Of a DNA stretch of 64,000 nucleotides, positions 48,881 to 60,642 are shown in pieces. The position numbers were made by a program, and so were the translations under genes. Location: NCBI RefSeq assembly GCF_018977255.1, contig NW_024704752.1:18104001-18168000 (forward strand), given 5' to 3'. The notes under the pieces were generated by a model, which worked only from the letters and a program-made list of their open reading frames with translations, made no database searches and had not been told where the DNA came from. Position 1 is the first letter of the stretch, and every line of letters starts with the position of its first letter. Origin of the DNA: Callorhinchus milii. Lineage: Eukaryota.

Positions 48881-49467
48881 ATGGCACCTGTAGCAAAAAT
48901 AAAGTGTCAATGAGATGTTATTGCTTCCGTGATGCACGTAAACGTCAAGTGTAACTGAGAGGCTCTCATCAAACCAAGTATCAAACCCCTTATCTTCTAT
49001 TCTGTTCAACTGTTTGTATCGAGTCGTCTAGAAACTCATTTGCTTCCTTCAATTTTAAGCCTAATGGACATTATGTTTATTTCCAGCCTCATTTGAGTAG
49101 AAGTGCGGCACTGTCTGTTTGTGTTAGAGGGTTTTTACTTTTCACAGCTTTCATCGCAAGCCGTGGAGAACAGTTTTAAGTTTGCTTAGATATTTTGACA
49201 TGTTGATATTTAGCAGCCATGTAAAATTCGTTGCAGCTTTTCGGAAAAGTGAAGATTTTCAAGCCTGTCAAGAATAAATTCAGTGTGAAAAATATTCACA
49301 GAGAGGTCCTATTATGGATGTACTGAGATTAAGTGTTCTGTTGTATTTGGAATGATAAACCATTTTGTTTGTTAACTGGAAACTAAATATCACGTGTTAA
49401 GAAGCAATCCTGCTTGAATAAAAGACTGAAAGTAAAGAAACTGCAGCAAATGACAGCAGGAGTTAGC

Positions 49468-49625
49468 AACAACCACACCAGGTTACATTTACACAGCGTC
49501 TTTCACGTCGGGAGGACATCCCAAGGTGCTGGACAGTCAGGGATTTGAACCTGAGCAGAGGGTTGGGATCAGGGCAGGGAGGGTAGGGGTAGGAGGGTGA
49601 CCAAAGTCATGGTCGAAAAGGAGGA
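49468..49625 (-). mobile_element. LINE2 3'UTR fragment
   Basis: TTTCACGTCGGGAGGACATCCCAAGGTGCTGGACAG..GGGTGACCAAAGTCATGGTCGAAAAG. Confidence 0.85.
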
Positions 49626-49727
49626 TAATTCCCTTTCAGTACAACTTTGACTTGGAAGTAGGCACTCATGGACTCTGCCTTAAAATGTCACTCTTAGCAA
49701 ATGTCCAAATGTATTCAATTTATTCAA

Positions 49728-49788
49728 TGTCAGCCTGGATCAGTTGATAGCGATCTGGCCTTCGAGTCAGAAGGTTGTGGGTTCAAGG
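49728..49788 (+). mobile_element. SINE family B head
   Basis: TGTCAGCCTGGATCAGTTG..GAGTCAGAAGGTTGTGGGTTCAAG. Confidence 0.8.
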
Positions 49789-49881
49789 CAGGTGCAGCAT
49801 ATATTCATAAAAATACCTTTCTAAGTTGTATATGTGGTAATAGTAATTAACACCACTAGGATTAAATAAGTAAGAAAAGGT

Positions 49882-50032
49882 TAATAATAATAATGATCTT
49901 GCATTTGATATAGCGCTTTTCACGTCGGGAGGACGTCCCAAAGCGCTTCACAGAATAGACTGTAAAGTGAATTGACTGTATATTTGTGGGCGAACGCGGC
50001 AGCCAATTGGGCACAGCAATGTCCCACAAACA
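49882..50032 (-). mobile_element. SINE 3' half carrying the LINE2-type CTCCC loop
   Basis: CTTGCATTTGATATAGCGCTTTTCACGTCGGGAGGACGTCCCAAAGCGCTTCACAGAAT..GTCCCACAAAC. Confidence 0.9.
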
Positions 50033-50173
50033 GGTTAACCTTTCTGTGTAGTATAATATTTCTATGTACACCTTATATGTGGAGAGCAGATAAATACATT
50101 GCACAGGTTTCTATTGCCTACTGTTTAATTGCATGAAAATACATTTTAAAACTTGTGGCTGTTAAAATGCATT

Positions 50174-50506
50174 TAATCTTGCATTTGATATAGTACCACT
50201 CATGTTGAAAGAAGTTGAATGACTGTGTGTGTGTAAGCTAACATGCCAGTCAAAGCTAGGTCCCACAAACAGCTGGAAAGTGAGGATTGTTGGCCAGGAC
50301 ACTTGGAGAAACTCCCTTCTCTTTACACATAGTACCATGGGATATTTAACATTCCCCCAAATGGGCAGATAGGACTGCAGCTGAACATTTCATCCGAAGG
50401 ACAGCATTTCCATGTCAGCCTAGATTATGAGCTCACATCCGGATGAGGGGGCTCGAACACACAAATTATGACCCAAAGGCAAGAGAGCTACCAAGTGAGC
50501 CAAGCT
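50174..50506 (-). mobile_element. SINE family B, near full-length, degenerate
   Basis: TTGGCCAGGACAC..ATAGTACCATGGGAT..TGTCAGCCTAGATTATG..GAGAGCTACCAAGTGAGCCAAGCTG. Confidence 0.85.
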
Positions 50507-50548
50507 GCTCTTTTATCCGATTTGTGATACCAATTGAGTATTGTTCCT

Positions 50549-50710
50549 ATAATAAATAATAATCCTTGCATTTGATATAGCGCTTTTTACATCTTCTCGA
50601 CGTCTCAAAACGATTCACAGAATATACTGTAAAGTGAATTGATTGTATATTTGTGGGCAAAACGCAGCAGCCAATTGCGCACAGCAGCGTCCCACAAACA
50701 GTCGTAGATT
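50549..50710 (-). mobile_element. SINE family A 3' half
   Basis: AATAATCCTTGCATTTGATATAGCGC..GCAGCCAATTGCGCACAGCAGCGTCCCACAAACAGTCG. Confidence 0.9.
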
Positions 50711-52396
50711 ATATTTCCTACTCATGAAATTAGCACAAACCTTTATAACCAAATCTTTACAACATTTGTTCAAACATTTCAGTGTATCTTGAACTTTGAG
50801 TGTTGCATATCAAACACATACTGTTCTGATCATATTAAAACATTGCAATTCATTTCTACAGTTTATCAGACCCACCTGCAATAAATGCCACTGGATACAT
50901 CAGTATGAGATGATTTCATTACTCAAAGTGCTAAGCATTTTGATGCTTCCATTATCTTGTGTACAGTCTGTGATTTAGTGTTTTCTCATGCTGTAGTTTG
51001 CCATTATGACATTGTAAGTGATTTACTAAGAATCACTAATATTTCCCATTGCATTATAATTTATAGGACTCAAGGGGAGTAACGTGCCTTTGAAATCCAG
51101 TTCAACATCATATTCTCTGTTCACTTTATTTGGAAAACTGTCATCTGTTTTCAGTTAATAAACAATGCTATCCATATATTCGTGAGATTACTTCTTTGAA
51201 GTGAATGTTGCAGTTGAAATTATAGTTAGTTTTATTAAAAATTGTGCATGGACGAGAACTGTAATGGAATTAACTAGATGTGTGAGATGATTTCTATAAA
51301 ACGAGCTGTATTTATCAAGCTTTTGGACCAAATAATCCATAGTGTAGCACAGGAAAAGAGTATCTCAAAAGATTTGTTTTATTGCTGGGATTCAAGAGAT
51401 AAAAGTTAAGAGAAAAAAAAAACATTCCATTAGTCACTGATTGAAGTGTCTAGTCCCTCGAGTGGAGCTACAGGTTTTCAAAGCCAGTAGATGTGGAACA
51501 CTTGTTATTATGTTTAGACTTTCCAAGATTCCGGTAAGATAGTCTGGCGCAACGAGATCATTTTTCTGAATAATAATGTAAAGAAATAAATGAAAAGAGG
51601 AAGAACCAAGTTGTATTGCAGCCCAATGACATACAGTATTAAGTCTCTCCAGACTATGAAAGACTTACCTTGTTAGCGTAAGCTGTGCAACCTGGATATA
51701 AATACCTGATCCTCCTCAGGCTTCAGCATAATAAAAGATTAATGAAGAAAAACCAATGTAGCGGACCTCACATGAATATTGATTGATAATACAATCTGAA
51801 TATTCAGCTGCTTTTTCAACTTAACCTTTTTTGAAAACTGAACCCTTTGAACCACCTTATCATAAGCCTTTGTCTTAAAAACTTTGGCAATTATTTTGAA
51901 TGCTGCAGCACCGAATTCTGCTCAAAATGGCTGGTGACTGAGCTTATTTACTGTCAAAAGTACTTGTATTGTACTTTCTGTCTGTGTCAATATAGGGCCG
52001 AACTTTAACTATCAGATCAAATGCAAATCGGATGTGTGAGGTGTCGTCACCTTAAGCTTCATATTCTAAAACAAGTTTTGCACAGTCAGATTAGCATAAT
52101 GACTTGAAAATGGGAAAGAAAATCTAATATTAAAAAATAGTTTAATGAGACAAAATGAGACCTTCGGATTCAAGAGGATCTCAAATGCTGTGCTATTTGA
52201 CTCCTGGTTATACACTTTCACACATTCTCGCACACTGAGCAAAACCAGTTTCTGCATTCAGCAATAATTACTTGTAAAGCATTTTAAGATGGTACAATGT
52301 GATAAGGTACTAAAATAATGCAGGTTTACATGTATATTATATATTATGGACAGTTTAGGGAATAAAAGTGCCCAGAATGTCAATGAATCTGTCAGC

Positions 52397-52775
52397 TGTC
52401 AGCCTGGCTCAGTTGGTAGCTCTCTCTCACTAATTCAGAAGGTTGTGGTTTTACTTTGAACTCACAGTCTATGCTGACCCTCCAACTCTGTGCTGTGGGT
52501 GGACTGCATTGTCGGAGGTCCTTCAGCTGAGGCTAAGATTAATCCATGTTCTGGTCTGCTGTTCAGGTGGACTTTAAAGAGCCCCTGGCACTATTTGAGA
52601 AGTGGAAGGAGTTTTTCCTGGTGTCCTAGCCAATGACCTCCCCTAGATGAAATGGGACATTGATGTGCCGAGTTCGCTTACAAAATACAGTCACTGAAAT
52701 TTACATTATATCCCGTGAAGCGCTTTCAGACATCCTCCTGTCGTGAAAGGCAATACGTCAAATGCAAGGATTATT
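52397..52775 (+). mobile_element. SINE family B (tRNA head, Deu domain, L2 tail), near full-length
   Basis: TGTCAGCCTGGCTCAGTTGGTAGC..CTGCATTGTCGGAGGT..GTTCAGGTGGAC..GGCACTATTTGA..CCTGGTGTCCTAGCCAA..AAATGCAAGGATTATT. Confidence 0.9.
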
Positions 52776-54456
52776 CTAACTGTTGCCAAGCTGTAAAATA
52801 TGGGGAGAAATGAAGGGAATGTTTTGATGTTCTGAAGAGGGCTGCCTGAGAGACAATAATAGAAAGACATAATGACGTGCTGACAGAAGGGAAGCATACC
52901 AGTCTTGAAACTGCTAATACCTTTAAATCATGGATGCAAAGAGTTCTTCAGGGTAGAGGATTAGCAAGACTAGTTCCAGTGGTGCTGAAGATCCTGTCAT
53001 GTTAAATACATTTACACATTTAAAGCTGTCTCTAGCAGTTCCAGTGAAAGGTCCATGAAACCTCCTATGTGCACAGGAACTTGCAAACCTATCTATGTTC
53101 CTTCACTCAGTTAATTCCCTGTGCTTCTTCATAATACACATAATGGTACATAACCAGGACAGAACACAGTGGGTGCCCAAAGTTCACCTTGGTAATGTTA
53201 AGTTAAACATTTGCAAATGATGGGGTCTATTGTGCTGTGGCTTCTGATGTGAATCAGCATATATATAAGCATATATGAACGGGGCTCGTAGAGCAAATAA
53301 ACATGCATTGCATACATCACTTTGACTTCCGGGATCTCTGTTCAACAGTAGATCCTGTTTGGGCGTGACATCCTTCTAGTTTCCTTATAAAAGAAGCCAA
53401 TTGGAACTGGAATATCATTGCCTATTAGACCCCATCTATATCAGCAAGCTTAATGTTCCCAGAATGCAAACATTTCAGATGTCTAAAAGTGATGCTGAAA
53501 ATAGCAATTTTTTTGTGGCATCTTTAGAATTGGACATGATTTTTGCTATTTGAAAGGCTATTTTCAGCATGTAATACATCCTCGTGTCATCTGAGACGAG
53601 GTGCAAGTGGAATCTGCTCGCAATGCTTTCACAAACTGCAGAGCTCAAAATATGTCTATTTTATTTGAGAGGAGGAATTAGTGCCATGGCAAAAAAAAAA
53701 GCTCCAACGTGCTATGTATAAAAGAGACAGGAACACATTGTCAACCGTTTTCGGAGATTGTCACATCAGCATCGCAAAGATCCTGAGGCTTCAGGAAGTT
53801 AGGAACACTCCATGTGATGCAACAATTAATGAGAGAAGATGTGCTATCTAGACTCAGATGGATATCACAGTGCAAAATATATGCGGCAAACCAACAAGGC
53901 AAATTGTCTGGGTAGCCTGATTTACAAAATACTCTTCTGAAAGAACACAGTGATCATCGGCCACTCACCATCATACAGAGGAGGAATTGTGTTAGGTGAA
54001 CATCTGCATTATCAGATACTCGTGCTCCAGAGATTGTTGATTTCAATGTGGCTAAAGTTCAAGCAAAATCATTTCTATTCTGTATGGTGATACTGAACTA
54101 GGAGGCACTCCGAAATATACATGCGCAGAGATAACAGAGGACATAATATTAGAGCAAACAATTCTGTCATTGCCCAGCAGTTCAGTCACCATCTGAAAGA
54201 GGCTGTCGTTTGGGAGTTGACTCATCATTGGGAATGATCTGATGAAGAGTCACACTCAAAATATTCATCCAGCTCTTTGAAATCCTTATTGTCACTGTAC
54301 ATTTCCAGGGTTTTTTTTTAATTCAGGATTTCAGGAATCGCTAATTCTTTTTGACTTTTGTCTGATTCATCTGCAGAACGTCATCTGAGGGCACCATTGC
54401 CCTAACCAGTTGTATGACTGTTTGTCAAGGAGACGGAAATCTAGCAATATTGGAGA

Positions 54457-54578
54457 AATAATAATAATAATAATCCTTGCATTTGATATAGTGCTTTACC
54501 GTGTCTTTGAGATGTCCAGAAGCGCCTCACAGAACACATTTGCAAGTGAATTGACGGTATATTTTTCTGGGTGAAATG
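54457..54578 (-). mobile_element. SINE family A 3' fragment
   Basis: (AAT)5 CCTTGCATTTGATATAGTGC..AAGTGAATTGAC. Confidence 0.85.
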
Positions 54579-54709
54579 ACAGTGATATGTTCCTAGACTT
54601 CAAGTGTTCTTGCCTACTTCAGTCAGGCTTGTTAAAACAAACCTAAGAAGTTTCAAACATTGTCTGTAAGTTAAAGAAACTCCTATGCAACGACTTGATG
54701 GCAGCCATG

Positions 54710-54863
54710 AAATTTACAGACCTTGACGGGTGAGCAGATATTCTTTTCCCTTGGTCTGTAAATTTACTGACCTTGACACTGAGAGGTTATAATGGGATTT
54801 CCTCTATTAAAAAAAATCCCATGATAAATGCACATTGCCAACAACCATAAATTTATTGACCTT
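54710..54863. repeat. Three dispersed copies of an AAATTTAY(A/T)GACCTT motif with an internal hairpin
   Basis: Copies at 54710, 54760 and 54849; inverted repeat TTATAATGGGATTT / AAATCCCATGATAA at 54787-54826. Confidence 0.7.
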
Positions 54864-54943
54864 CAGAGAATCGGTCCTTTTGGGCACTGAACATTCTAAT
54901 TCTTCTTATGACCCTGCAAAACATTTGCTGCATTGTTGATTTA

Positions 54944-55040
54944 TAATAATAGTAATCCTCGCATTTGATATAATGCCTTATCACGTCTTTGAGACGTCTC
55001 AAAGCGCTTTACAGAATACACTGTAAAGTGAATTGACTAT
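54944..55040 (-). mobile_element. SINE family A 3' fragment
   Basis: GCATTTGATATAATGCCTTATCACGTCTTTGAGACGTCTCAAAGCGC. Confidence 0.9.
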
Positions 55041-55883
55041 ATTTTTTTCAGTAGGAATATGCTTCTTCCTTATAAGGTATAGATGGTTTGGGGTTAAACA
55101 TTACCAATAGTTATGGCTGGATTTTGTGGCTGGAATCCAGGTGTTTTTGTTCCACTCTTCTTCACTTGCAGACTGCTAGACTCTTAATGATTCTGCCAGT
55201 CATTATTCCCAGAGCTCACTAAGACTGAATTGAAGATTTAAATTGGCACAAAATCTGCCCCGGCCACACTTAAACAATCTAAGTCATGGAAATGTGCACC
55301 TTCATAGTGGTAATTTGAACGCAAGGTGACAATTGTGGTTTTGTTATCAATATTGACAAAAGTCAAAATAACATCCTAACCTTAAAAAGCTTTTTTTATA
55401 TACATTATAGCTGGAAACTATTAGCCTTTCCCTGTTCCTAATCATTTTTACGACTTTAATCTCAAATTAATATAGCTTTATTCAGATAATTGTACATTTG
55501 GATTTATCTGCCCATTTAATATTGGTGACGCTCTTTGCAAAGACACGTTAATAATCGTTTGTTATGTGAGCACGTTCCTTCATTGGATATCCCACCAATA
55601 TCCCAGCGGTGTTAACGTGAATAACATGCTGATCTTTGCTGCTGTTTCTGGATCCGGATTTACAAACATATGTGCTATTTCTGTCATTGTTATATTTCAT
55701 TGGTAACCTTTATCCAGTACCTTTCTGGCCATTCCAAGTGAAGCTGCAGCAAATGCTTGGCTATTTCCCCAGTGATCTGGTGAAGAAACTATCATATCTC
55801 TTGTGGGCACAGAACACACATTTTCAAGAGTTTAAATAGAAAGATTGGTCTATGGAGCATGGCTCTATATCTGATCCCTATGG

Positions 55884-56233
55884 TATTTTTTTAAATAATA
55901 AAGGGATTTGATAGGGTAGATACAGAAAAACTATTTGCTCTGGTGGGTGGGGGAATCCAGAACAAGGGGGCATCATAAAATTTGAGCTAGGCTATTTAGG
56001 AGTGAAATTAGGAGGCAGTCTTTCATCCAAAGGCGAGTGGAAATCTGGAACTCCCTCCCCCAAAAGGCTGTGGAAGCTGGATCCATTCACATCTTCAAGA
56101 CTGAAGTGGATAAGATATTTGTTAGGTAAGAGTATTAAGGGATATGGGGCAAGGGTGGGTAGTTGGAGTTGAGGTACAGAATGGCGGAACAGGCTCGATG
56201 GGCTGAATGGCCTACTCCTGTTTCTATGTTTCC
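55884..56233 (+). mobile_element. CR1 LINE 3' end (ORF2 C-terminus and 3'UTR)
   Basis: FKIIKGFDRVDTEKLF..EIWNSLPQKAVEAGSIHIFKTEVD; 3'UTR GGGCTGAATGGCCTACTCCTGTTTCTATGTT. Confidence 0.93.
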
Positions 56234-57384
56234 CTATAATCCTGCGAAAATCCCACACTGCCTGGAAAAAACAGAACTGGGTTTGTAGATTGAGCATCAC
56301 AAAAAGCCTGAACTTAATCTCAGAAACCACATTTCAATTAACCTGAAATCTCACCCTTATCTATGAATCCACACATATTACATAGTGATATAATAATAAT
56401 AATACAAGTCAAGTGCAGTGGTTTGTTATTGATGGATTAGTTAATTATCCCCATGACTGGAGACTCATTGTAGTTCATTGCTGGCACTGAAGGAGTGGAC
56501 ACCATTTATTGCCACCACAATGTGCTCTTTTATTGTATTTTTATTTGATGTAACATTTCAGCCACAGCTCTTCCTAACAATCATCCCTTTACACAAAAAT
56601 CTGATGACCTATTTGCATGAAAATTAGAGTAGCATTGGAACTTGGGGGAGAGCAAATTAAAAATTAATACAGCATATGAATTTCACTCCTAGAACAATAA
56701 AATACTGCACCATAAATGCATGAAATCAATACATCATATAAAATAATAACCCCTACAAGCTTGCAAAACTCTACGCAATTGGTAGCAGTTTAATACGATT
56801 ACAGGATTAATTCAAACAGAGAACTTCTTTTCCAATTTCCAGTCATCCTGCAAAGCCCAGAAAGAAAATGAATCCTGCAGTTTCAACAGAATCTTACACC
56901 TATAGTACTTTCAGTTCATACTTTCTTGTTTGCATTTCATTGCTGAGTGCTGTCAAGTAGGAACCCAAAATGAGAGGAAGGGTTAATGGTCACACAAGCA
57001 GAGATTGCTTTATGTGATATTCAGGCTACTTTTGCCCTATGCACCTTATCACACATCCAGCATTTGTTTTCGTATGAGTCAGATTGTGTTACAGAAATCA
57101 GGGAGCAAAGAAAGTCTCTCTCTTTCTTTCAAGGCCTGTGGGCATGACGTGGCATGACTATATTGACCCAGTGGGACAGTTGAATACCTGCTGATTACCA
57201 CAACACTTCTGCAGTTTGAAGATCGAATATAGCATTCACTGCTGGCTGCATATAATGCAAGTGAGAACCCAGTAATTATCTTCATTGGAGCTTTAAGGTG
57301 GAATTGGAGGGTAATTCTGGACAGATTGGAGTTGTGTTGTGCACTGGGGGATCAACTGGCCAGCTTCCTCTCTGCCGATACTGA

Positions 57385-57797
57385 TAATAGTAATCCTTGC
57401 ATTTGATATAGCGCTTTATCACGTCTTCTAGATATCTGAAAGTGTCTCACAAGAACATAAGAATTTGCTGAACGAAACAAGACCAAGATCCATCCACTCC
57501 GCCTTCCACCATCCTGGCAGTCGCTTGACATGTCATGTCTCAAAATGCTTCACAGGATACGTTGTAAAGTGGAATGTCTGAGTATTTTGTGTGTGAAACG
57601 TGGCAGACAGTTTGCTCACAGCAGCATCCCACAAACTGTTGTGAATTGAGTGACCAATTTTTTACATTTTTTTTTTTGGGGGGGGGCAAGATTGTCGGCC
57701 AGGACACCAGGAGAAACTCCCTTCTCTTTTCGAATAGCACCATGGGATCTTTAATGTGCACCTGAACAGGCAGACTGGACCTCGGTTCAACGTCTCG
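57385..57797 (-). mobile_element. SINE tail(s) plus SINE family B 3' two-thirds
   Basis: Tail at 57385-57455; from 57535 TCCCACAAAC..GGCCAGGACACCAGGAGAAACTCC..CATGGGATCTTTAATGTGCACCTGAACAGGCAGAC..CTCGGTTCAACGTCTC. Confidence 0.88.
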
Positions 57798-58863
57798 GTC
57801 TTCCCTGGGGAAAAATATTAAAGCACTGAAGTTCACCAATGAAAAGACAGTATCCAAACTGGTGACCCCACCCTCAAGATGTTGGATGCCTGGGAACTAC
57901 GAAAGCAGCTTCAAAATCATGGCAACTGTCGTTTCCACAAATACACTCGTGGACACAGTTAGTGAATCAATCCACCATTAAGTGCTCGTGTGCATAACAC
58001 ATTCCAATTGTTTCTCCTCGATTCCCTTGTCCTGTTTGTTGATCCCATGTGTTGGTGGATGGCTGCCCTCTGCTGACCGTGCTATTAATGGTTTTGCTTG
58101 TAATTCTTTCCATGTTATTATCTAGTCTCAAAGGATGAGATACTTGAAGTTTAGTTATTATCCTTTGAATAGCAGGCAGAAACGATGAAAATATGGCAAA
58201 CAAAAAAGTTCATTGTCAATAAGCAAAATGTCATTACATTAAGGCCAGCACTGTAACTGACTGTAACTGAGACCCACTGACAGAAATGGATCAACATTAA
58301 GTAGTAACACAATCCCCCACAGCATTTCAGATAATACGTGCAACCAAAGTTTCTGATGAAAACATTCTATTAAAATGCTGCATTCCCACTCCATTTATCA
58401 AGCTTAAAGGTATGAACGGTCTCTGAACGCTGTGAAAGGCTAGCAACACACACCATGGTACAATCTAAGAATGCAGATGCAGATTTTTTCTTATTGTTTA
58501 TCGAGGCACATATAGCTAAAGCTTTCCAATAATGACAATACTTTCATTTCAAGGAGCACGGCAAGAAGTCTGCACACGTTTGCATTTCAGCTGGTGATGC
58601 GGAAGGCAAAGGGCCTCACCAAATAAAAAGGTATTTATTTTCATCAATTTCTCCAGTGGCAGTGATATTTTTCTTGATGTTTACACCTTTCTCACCATGT
58701 TTAGGGACTAACCACAGAGTTCATTTTGATAAATTGAACTGGCAGTAGGTATTTTACGAGAAATCATTTAAAATGTGTGCTTTCTGTTGGTTTGGTCTAA
58801 CAGATAAAGAATGGAAAAGCATGATAGTCGATTAATTTGATCAAACCCTGAAGTTAACATGTT

Positions 58864-59180
58864 AAATAATAATTGTCCTTGCATTTGATATAGCACCTTA
58901 TCACATCGAAATACATCAAAGTCCTTCACACGGTTAAGTGTAATGATTCTGTATTTGTAGGTAAAAGCTGCAGTCAATTTGAGCAAAGCAATGTCCTACA
59001 AACTGCCCGGAGGTAAATACTAATCTTTGCATTTTATTGGTATAGTGCCTAATCACGTTTGTGAGACATCGCGAAGAGTTTCACAGGATATCTTGTAGAG
59101 TGGCTTTACCGCATTTTGTGGGCGAAATGCAGCAGCTAATTGTACACAGCAGTGTCTCACAAACAGTCATAGATTGATCG
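58864..59180 (-). mobile_element. Two tandem degenerate SINE 3' halves (58864-59003 and 59018-59180)
   Basis: Each starts with CTTGCATTT/TTTGCATTT and ends GTCC(T)ACAAAC or GTCTCACAAACAGTC. Confidence 0.85.
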
Positions 59181-59190
59181 ACAATCTATC

Positions 59191-59504
59191 TAATAATAAT
59201 AATCCTTGCATTTGATATAGCGCTTTCCACGTCTTCTAAACGTCTCAATAGCGCTTCACAGAATAAACTGTGAAGTGAAATGACTGTATATTTGTGGGCG
59301 AAATGCAGCAGCCAATTGCGCGCAGCAGTGTCCCACAGACAGTCGTGGATTGAAATGACCAATTCATTATTGTTTGTTTTCTTGAGGGATTATTATCAGG
59401 CGTGTGGAGTAAGGAAACTTACCCAAGGTTTCAGCCTGCCGGGAATCAAACCCAGGTCTCTCGCTTGCAAAGCGAGTGCTCTAACCACTGAGCTACAGGA
59501 CTCC
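59191..59504 (-). mobile_element. SINE family A, head to tail, with an internal deletion of about 60 nt
   Basis: Tail (AAT)4 and head CTAACCACTGAGCTACAGGACTCC; lacks the GGAAAAGCGATC..GTAAACAG segment. Confidence 0.95.
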
Positions 59505-59874
59505 TACCAAATCATGACACCATTCCATCTCCAGTTCAAGGAGATGGGTGGGGACCACCATCACCACTGAAGTGCAGAACATATTGAGAAAGCTACAATA
59601 TCATCCAATTGTCAAGGGGGGACTTTCATTTGTACCCTCAGACCAATTACAAGCTGACAATCAAGTTTATCCCCTCCAACATTACTGCTGCAGATTACCA
59701 CGTGAGTGTTGTGATTTCGAAGCACGAGGCTAGTTATTTTTGTATTGAGAAGGTGAACTTCAAAATCCATTGTGCAGTGCACCACCGAGACAGAAAAGGG
59801 AAAAGAAAATCAATCAAAGGAGAGAAGATAAATCTGGAAAGAGTCCTACAGGCTGGATGATTGCTGGTTTTAAT

Positions 59875-60110
59875 CAGGTCTGTAGTGAGTTCGCTGACCT
59901 CAGTCTTGACTATGGTAGGACATAACAATTAGCCTCCATTCCCTAGGTTAGGGAGGATGCAGTCAGTCAGGGTTCTTGCTGCTGAATTCTCTCCAACTGG
60001 AAGTAGGCAGGTGTTAACAGCTCGTGGCTCTGGTGCTCATTGCCACTCACTATCAATGTTTACACATGAAGAACAGTCACTTGGATAAAGCTATGGGAGA
60101 GTGTTTGGCG
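59875..60110 (+). mobile_element. Ancient SINE relic (AmnSINE2-like)
   Basis: GGTCTGTAGTGAGTTCGCTGACCTCAG..ACAATTAGCCTC..CCCTAGGTTAGGGAGG..TCAGTCAGGGTTCTTGCT..CACATGAAGAACAGTCACTTGG; second copy at 21108. Confidence 0.55.
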
Positions 60111-60548
60111 TCATTAGGAATCATTTCCTTTGGCATAGAAGACGACGAGAAAATATTAATGGGGAAAAAATTGGCAAGAAAAGAATGCAATGAATCGGCT
60201 CCATTAATATCATAACCGCAGATGGGCCAAGATTCTGAGATGATATAATAATAGTGAAGGAATTGATGCACTTGTCTGTTCAACAGCAGCCACATTAAGC
60301 ACATATACACTTCTTTTTCTTGTGACAGATAATTCATCTCTTGCTTCCGGACTCGATACAATCTGGTGCCAAAATGAGCAGCAGAATTGATGAGGATTGT
60401 CAAGTCAATGCCAGACAGGGCTCACTCTCCACAACGTGAGAGAGACACAGTTGGGCTGCCCTTCTTCCACCGTCTTGTGACTGAGTGAACGTCGCTCGGG
60501 GTGTTGGCACTAAGGCCAAAGCTTTATTTTGATACCAGGTTCACATGA

Positions 60549-60642
60549 TGTCAGCCTGGCTCATTGGTAGCATTCTCGCCACTGAGTTAGAAGGTTGTGA
60601 GTTCAAGCCCCACGTCGGGACTTGAAATCACATGGTCTAAGC
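60549..60642 (+). mobile_element. SINE family B head
   Basis: TGTCAGCCTGGCTCATTGGTAGCATTCTCGCCACTGAGTTAGAAGGTTGTGAGTTCAAGCCCCAC. Confidence 0.88.
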
